From IMG/VR virus record IMGVR_UViG_3300034073_005193, positions 62,001-120,839 of that record: DNA of 58,839 bases; one strand, written 5' to 3'. Numbering within the stretch: the stretch's first letter is position 1; every line of letters begins with the position of its first letter. This stretch comes from an uncultured virus (IMG/VR IMGVR_UViG_3300034073_005193). Its lineage: Duplodnaviria > Heunggongvirae > Uroviricota > Caudoviricetes. Made by a program: the position numbers and the translations under genes. The notes beneath the pieces are model-generated. The model saw only the letters and a program-made list of their open reading frames with translations, had not been told where the DNA came from and did no database searches. This document shows, one piece after another, positions 55,585 through 58,839 of this stretch.

Positions 55585-55946
55585 TGGTTATAATTTTTGA
55601 ATCTTTACATGAAAAGCCTGTTAAAATGCTTTTTAAAGATTCTTTGCATTTTCCAGACCCAGGAATGATCGTTTCATTAGATGATGGAATTGCTAAAATT
55701 TGTACGGGCAAAAGACCCTTTGGAATTATTGGAGATTATCCAGATGAGTTTGGATTAATTCCTGTTTGGTTTGAGAATACAATCTTTGAAACTAACATGA
55801 TAGAACCTGGCGTTTATAAATTAAAAGATAAACTATATTGTAGTGAATATGGTAGATTTACGAATGTAAAAATATTTGAAGATTCTTTGCTAATTGGACA
55901 CATAGAAGAGATTAAAGAAAATAGTTTGGTAATTGAGCTAATTTAG
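55584..55946 (+). CDS. shorter paralog of the preceding decoration-like protein
   Basis: Same motifs: PGMIVSL, PFGIIGD, IPVW, LYCSEYGRFT, IGHI. Confidence 0.6.
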   Translation: MVIIFESLHEKPVKMLFKDSLHFPDPGMIVSLDDGIAKICTGKRPFGIIGDYPDEFGLIPVWFENTIFETNMIEPGVYKLKDKLYCSEYGRFTNVKIFEDSLLIGHIEEIKENSLVIELI

Positions 55947-55983
55947 CGATATTAAGATATATAGTTTGACGCAAAAGGAATGT

Positions 55984-56304
55984 ATGGATAATGATCAGGA
56001 TTTAAAAGCATTAATGTCTTCTGAAGTATTTAGAAATTATTTGTCATTAGAGATGGAAAGAGAAGCAAAAGCTAAACTTCCAAATGAAGAACAAATAAAA
56101 ATATCTCAACGCAAAGCAAAAGAAGCTAGCGAAGCATTAACTGCATTTGCTCAATTTGAAACACAAGTAAAAGAAAACTTTCTTTTAAAAGAAGCTTTTT
56201 TAAATATGCAAAAAGAAATTTCTAACAATCCAGCCCTTGCACAAAAATTAGGTAAAAAATTTACCGATGCAATTATGATGTTAGATTTAGATTCAACTTT
56301 TTGA
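55984..56304 (+). CDS. hypothetical protein
   Basis: AAGGA before ATG 55984. Confidence 0.7.
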   Translation: MDNDQDLKALMSSEVFRNYLSLEMEREAKAKLPNEEQIKISQRKAKEASEALTAFAQFETQVKENFLLKEAFLNMQKEISNNPALAQKLGKKFTDAIMMLDLDSTF

Positions 56305-56311
56305 GGAATAG

Positions 56312-58839
56312 ATGAAAAAAGAAGATAATTTTATCAGCAGCCCAGTCCTTAGAGAATATTACAATACAGCCATTGAAAAAGGCTGGATTTCTAATGAAGT
56401 TGCAGTTAAAACTGCCTCATTGGAAGCTGATCGTTATTCTCCTACTGGAAATCTAATGCAGGATTTAGTCAATCTTGCATTTGGTTTGCGAGAGGCGGGT
56501 CTATATTCTCAAGCTGAGTCTTTAGAGACAAAGATTAATATTTTCAAAAAAGCTCAAATAGAACTTGGGTTAATTGATCAAAAAAGCTTATTGATGCAGC
56601 AACATGCTCATCCTGAGAATGCTAAAATCGTTGATGCTCAAAATGGCTGGGGCGTAGTTCATACAAATGTAGATAGACAACGTAAAATTTTAGAAACCCT
56701 AACACATCAACCCAAAGGAATGCATCAAGAAGCTATTAAAACAATATCTCTTGCTGCTGCTGAAGCTTTGGGCTTATTAAAGTTAGCTCAAGATGATGGA
56801 GATGGGCTTGTAGAAAGTTCGCCTGGCGATGCATTGGGTGAAGATGGGGAAGACATGGATGAGACAGTGCCAGAGTCTGGTCAAATATTGCCTTCTGGTA
56901 AATTGGTAGATCCTGCCATGGCGCAAAAAGTATCTGCCCATAAAAATATAACAAAAACAACATATGCTTCTATTAAAAATTCATTAAAAGCTATTAATGG
57001 AGCTTTTAGTAAAATTAAAAACAATACTAAACTCTTCTCCAAAGATTCCATATTAAAAAATATGGAGAGCCCCACTTCTAAGTGGTATCTATCAGTTATT
57101 GGGGCAGATTCTGAGTCTCTTAAAAATTTAGAAAGACTAACTAGTAATTTTGGAACTACTCCAGAATCCGCTGCTGCAAAAATTGAAGCAATGGAATATG
57201 AGTCTTTAAAAAGTCTTATAACATCAGCAATGCCTGCCTATGGAGGATATGTTATAGGAACTAATTTTAGTTATCCAATGATGGCAGCTCCAGGAGCTAA
57301 AAGAGTAAGAAGCAGACAAGAAAGAAAAGAAAAAGCTGAAAGAGGCTTTTTCGATAAAATATTTGATTCAGAAACTAAATCTGAAGAAGTTGCTAAAGAT
57401 ACTACTCCAGAAGAAATGAAACTGGACATAGTAGAAAAAGCAAAGTACGATGATCGATACAAGCAAAATAAAAATTCAATTTGGTCAGGAATTATGAGCT
57501 ATGCAGACCGTCCAAAATTGGGCGGAATCGAGCAGTCGCCTGAAAAAGTTGCTAGATTGGCAAACGCTATCTCCCAGCATATTTCTAGCGAGAGCGAAAA
57601 ATTATTTTCAGAAGATAATATTCAAGCAGCAGGCGCTGCTGCAATAGCTAAATATTCTACAGTTGTTAATACATTAAATAAAATTTCAACTCAAATTAAT
57701 GTTGGATTAAACGCCATTTATCCAGACCGAGTAGAGTTATTTACATCTATTACAAAAAGGTCTGCGGCGCTATCAAGATATTTAAATGACCAAAAAGATG
57801 AGTTGATTCCAGTTTCTTCTCTTGGGCTCTTTCAAGAGATTCTAGGAAACGTAGCAGCTATCAATGCCTCTGCTTTAAATGCCGTTTCTGTATTTGAAAC
57901 CAATCCTATTAGCACAGAGCTTGAATCTCCTAGGGTATCTTCTAAGAAGGCAAAGCCTATTTTAGATAATTTGGTTTACTGCATTAACATGATGGATCAA
58001 TATGCTGATTATTTGAGAGTAAAAGCTCCTAATGGTCCAGATTATAAGAAAGTCACAAATTATTATAATAAAATGATGGCTATTCATCAAGCCGTTAATG
58101 CCAATCAAAATAAAACTTGGGCAGACGTTCAAGCCGCCATTGCAGGTAAAGCTGGATTGAGTTTTGAATCTTATGATCATCTTAATTCTTATATTGCAAA
58201 TCTTAGAAACCGAGTTGCGCAAGCTGTTGCTCAAAGCCCTGGATTAGGAGTTAAGGCAAGCGATGATAATCAAGTGGTAAAATTGGGTCAATCCATGCTT
58301 GAAGAAGCAGTAAGTAATGTTAAAGGAACTATAGGAAATCTTTTCGGGGGTATACCTGCGGCTGCGGGTCCCGTTGCTACTCCCGCAGCCGCAGCAGCTG
58401 CAATTGGAGCAGTAGGAGCAATAGGAGAACCCTTGACTCCTGAACCAAAAAAAGTGGATTCATCAGTTAAAACCCCAGATGTAGCTGCGTTTAATCCTGC
58501 CCCTTCAGGCGGCGTGGCTGCGGGCGGCGGGGCTGCAGGCGCAGGCTCTGGTGGAGTATCTAGTGGCAAAGGACCTTCTGCTCCAGCAACAAGCAAAGAT
58601 AAACTTTCTGCAGCCAGACAAAAAGTTTGGGAAATGCAAGAAATGCTCCAAGAATTATCAGAGTTCTTAACAAATAACCCAAGTAAAGCTCCAGGAGTAA
58701 CTAAGGCTGATATTGATACCATTATGTTCGTTGGGAGATCCAATCAAAAAGGAAGCCTAGATGGAGATTGGGGCAGAAGAACCACCAGCTCAATCAACGC
58801 TGCAAACAAAGCAACTAAATTAAGTTTAACTCCTTCTCC
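56312..58839 (+). CDS. large head-region protein with peptidoglycan-binding-like motif, 3' partial
   Basis: GAGGA before ATG 56312; frame appears open to the window end (spot-checked, about 842 codons); VWEMQEML...LDGDWGRRT resembles PG_binding_1. Confidence 0.8.
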   Translation, partial: MKKEDNFISSPVLREYYNTAIEKGWISNEVAVKTASLEADRYSPTGNLMQDLVNLAFGLREAGLYSQAESLETKINIFKKAQIELGLIDQKSLLMQQHAHPENAKIVDAQNGWGVVHTNVDRQRKILETLTHQPKGMHQEAIKTISLAAAEALGLLKLAQDDGDGLVESSPGDALGEDGEDMDETVPESGQILPSGKLVDPAMAQKVSAHKNITKTTYASIKNSLKAINGAFSKIKNNTKLFSKDSILKNMESPTSKWYLSVIGADSESLKNLERLTSNFGTTPESAAAKIEAMEYESLKSLITSAMPAYGGYVIGTNFSYPMMAAPGAKRVRSRQERKEKAERGFFDKIFDSETKSEEVAKDTTPEEMKLDIVEKAKYDDRYKQNKNSIWSGIMSYADRPKLGGIEQSPEKVARLANAISQHISSESEKLFSEDNIQAAGAAAIAKYSTVVNTLNKISTQINVGLNAIYPDRVELFTSITKRSAALSRYLNDQKDELIPVSSLGLFQEILGNVAAINASALNAVSVFETNPISTELESPRVSSKKAKPILDNLVYCINMMDQYADYLRVKAPNGPDYKKVTNYYNKMMAIHQAVNANQNKTWADVQAAIAGKAGLSFESYDHLNSYIANLRNRVAQAVAQSPGLGVKASDDNQVVKLGQSMLEEAVSNVKGTIGNLFGGIPAAAGPVATPAAAAAAIGAVGAIGEPLTPEPKKVDSSVKTPDVAAFNPAPSGGVAAGGGAAGAGSGGVSSGKGPSAPATSKDKLSAARQKVWEMQEMLQELSEFLTNNPSKAPGVTKADIDTIMFVGRSNQKGSLDGDWGRRTTSSINAANKATKLSLTPS

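Noticed and set aside
1..58839. Stop-codon reassignment, as in some huge phages
   Set aside because: Conserved genes are full length in code 11, and TAA, TAG and TGA all end genes at sensible positions.
1..58839. tRNA, rRNA or large ncRNA genes
   Set aside because: Intergenic gaps are short and AT-rich, and no cloverleaf was noticed; a covariance search was not possible.

Overview
This is a 58.8-kb segment of an AT-rich, densely coded jumbo (huge) tailed-phage genome in the standard genetic code. Nearly all genes are on the + strand; the exception is one PIN-PhoH gene. Positions 1-23.5 kb hold a host-like protein-biogenesis set (IF-3, peptide deformylase, trigger factor, DnaJ) mixed with replication and recombination genes: SbcCD, dNMP kinase, a Cas4/AddB-like nuclease, DnaE, UvsY-like, RecA, gp32-like SSB, RuvC and a primase split over two genes. 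A LuxR/sigma-4 HTH gene marks the boundary with the head morphogenesis module (23.6-58.8 kb). That module contains a CCA/poly(A)-type nucleotidyltransferase, terminase large subunit, portal, a GH73-like hydrolase, an intein-containing prohead protease fused to a long scaffold, two decoration-like paralogs and many novel proteins. The most interesting signal is a candidate head-loading and maturation code. It consists of (i) a ~20-residue helical module shared by at least six otherwise unrelated head-region proteins, (ii) dozens of K-x-A-[S/Q] motifs, and (iii) a herpesvirus-like nested protease/scaffold gene. No tRNA, rRNA, CRISPR array or recognisable major capsid protein was seen. All calls come from reading motifs by eye; no searches were run.
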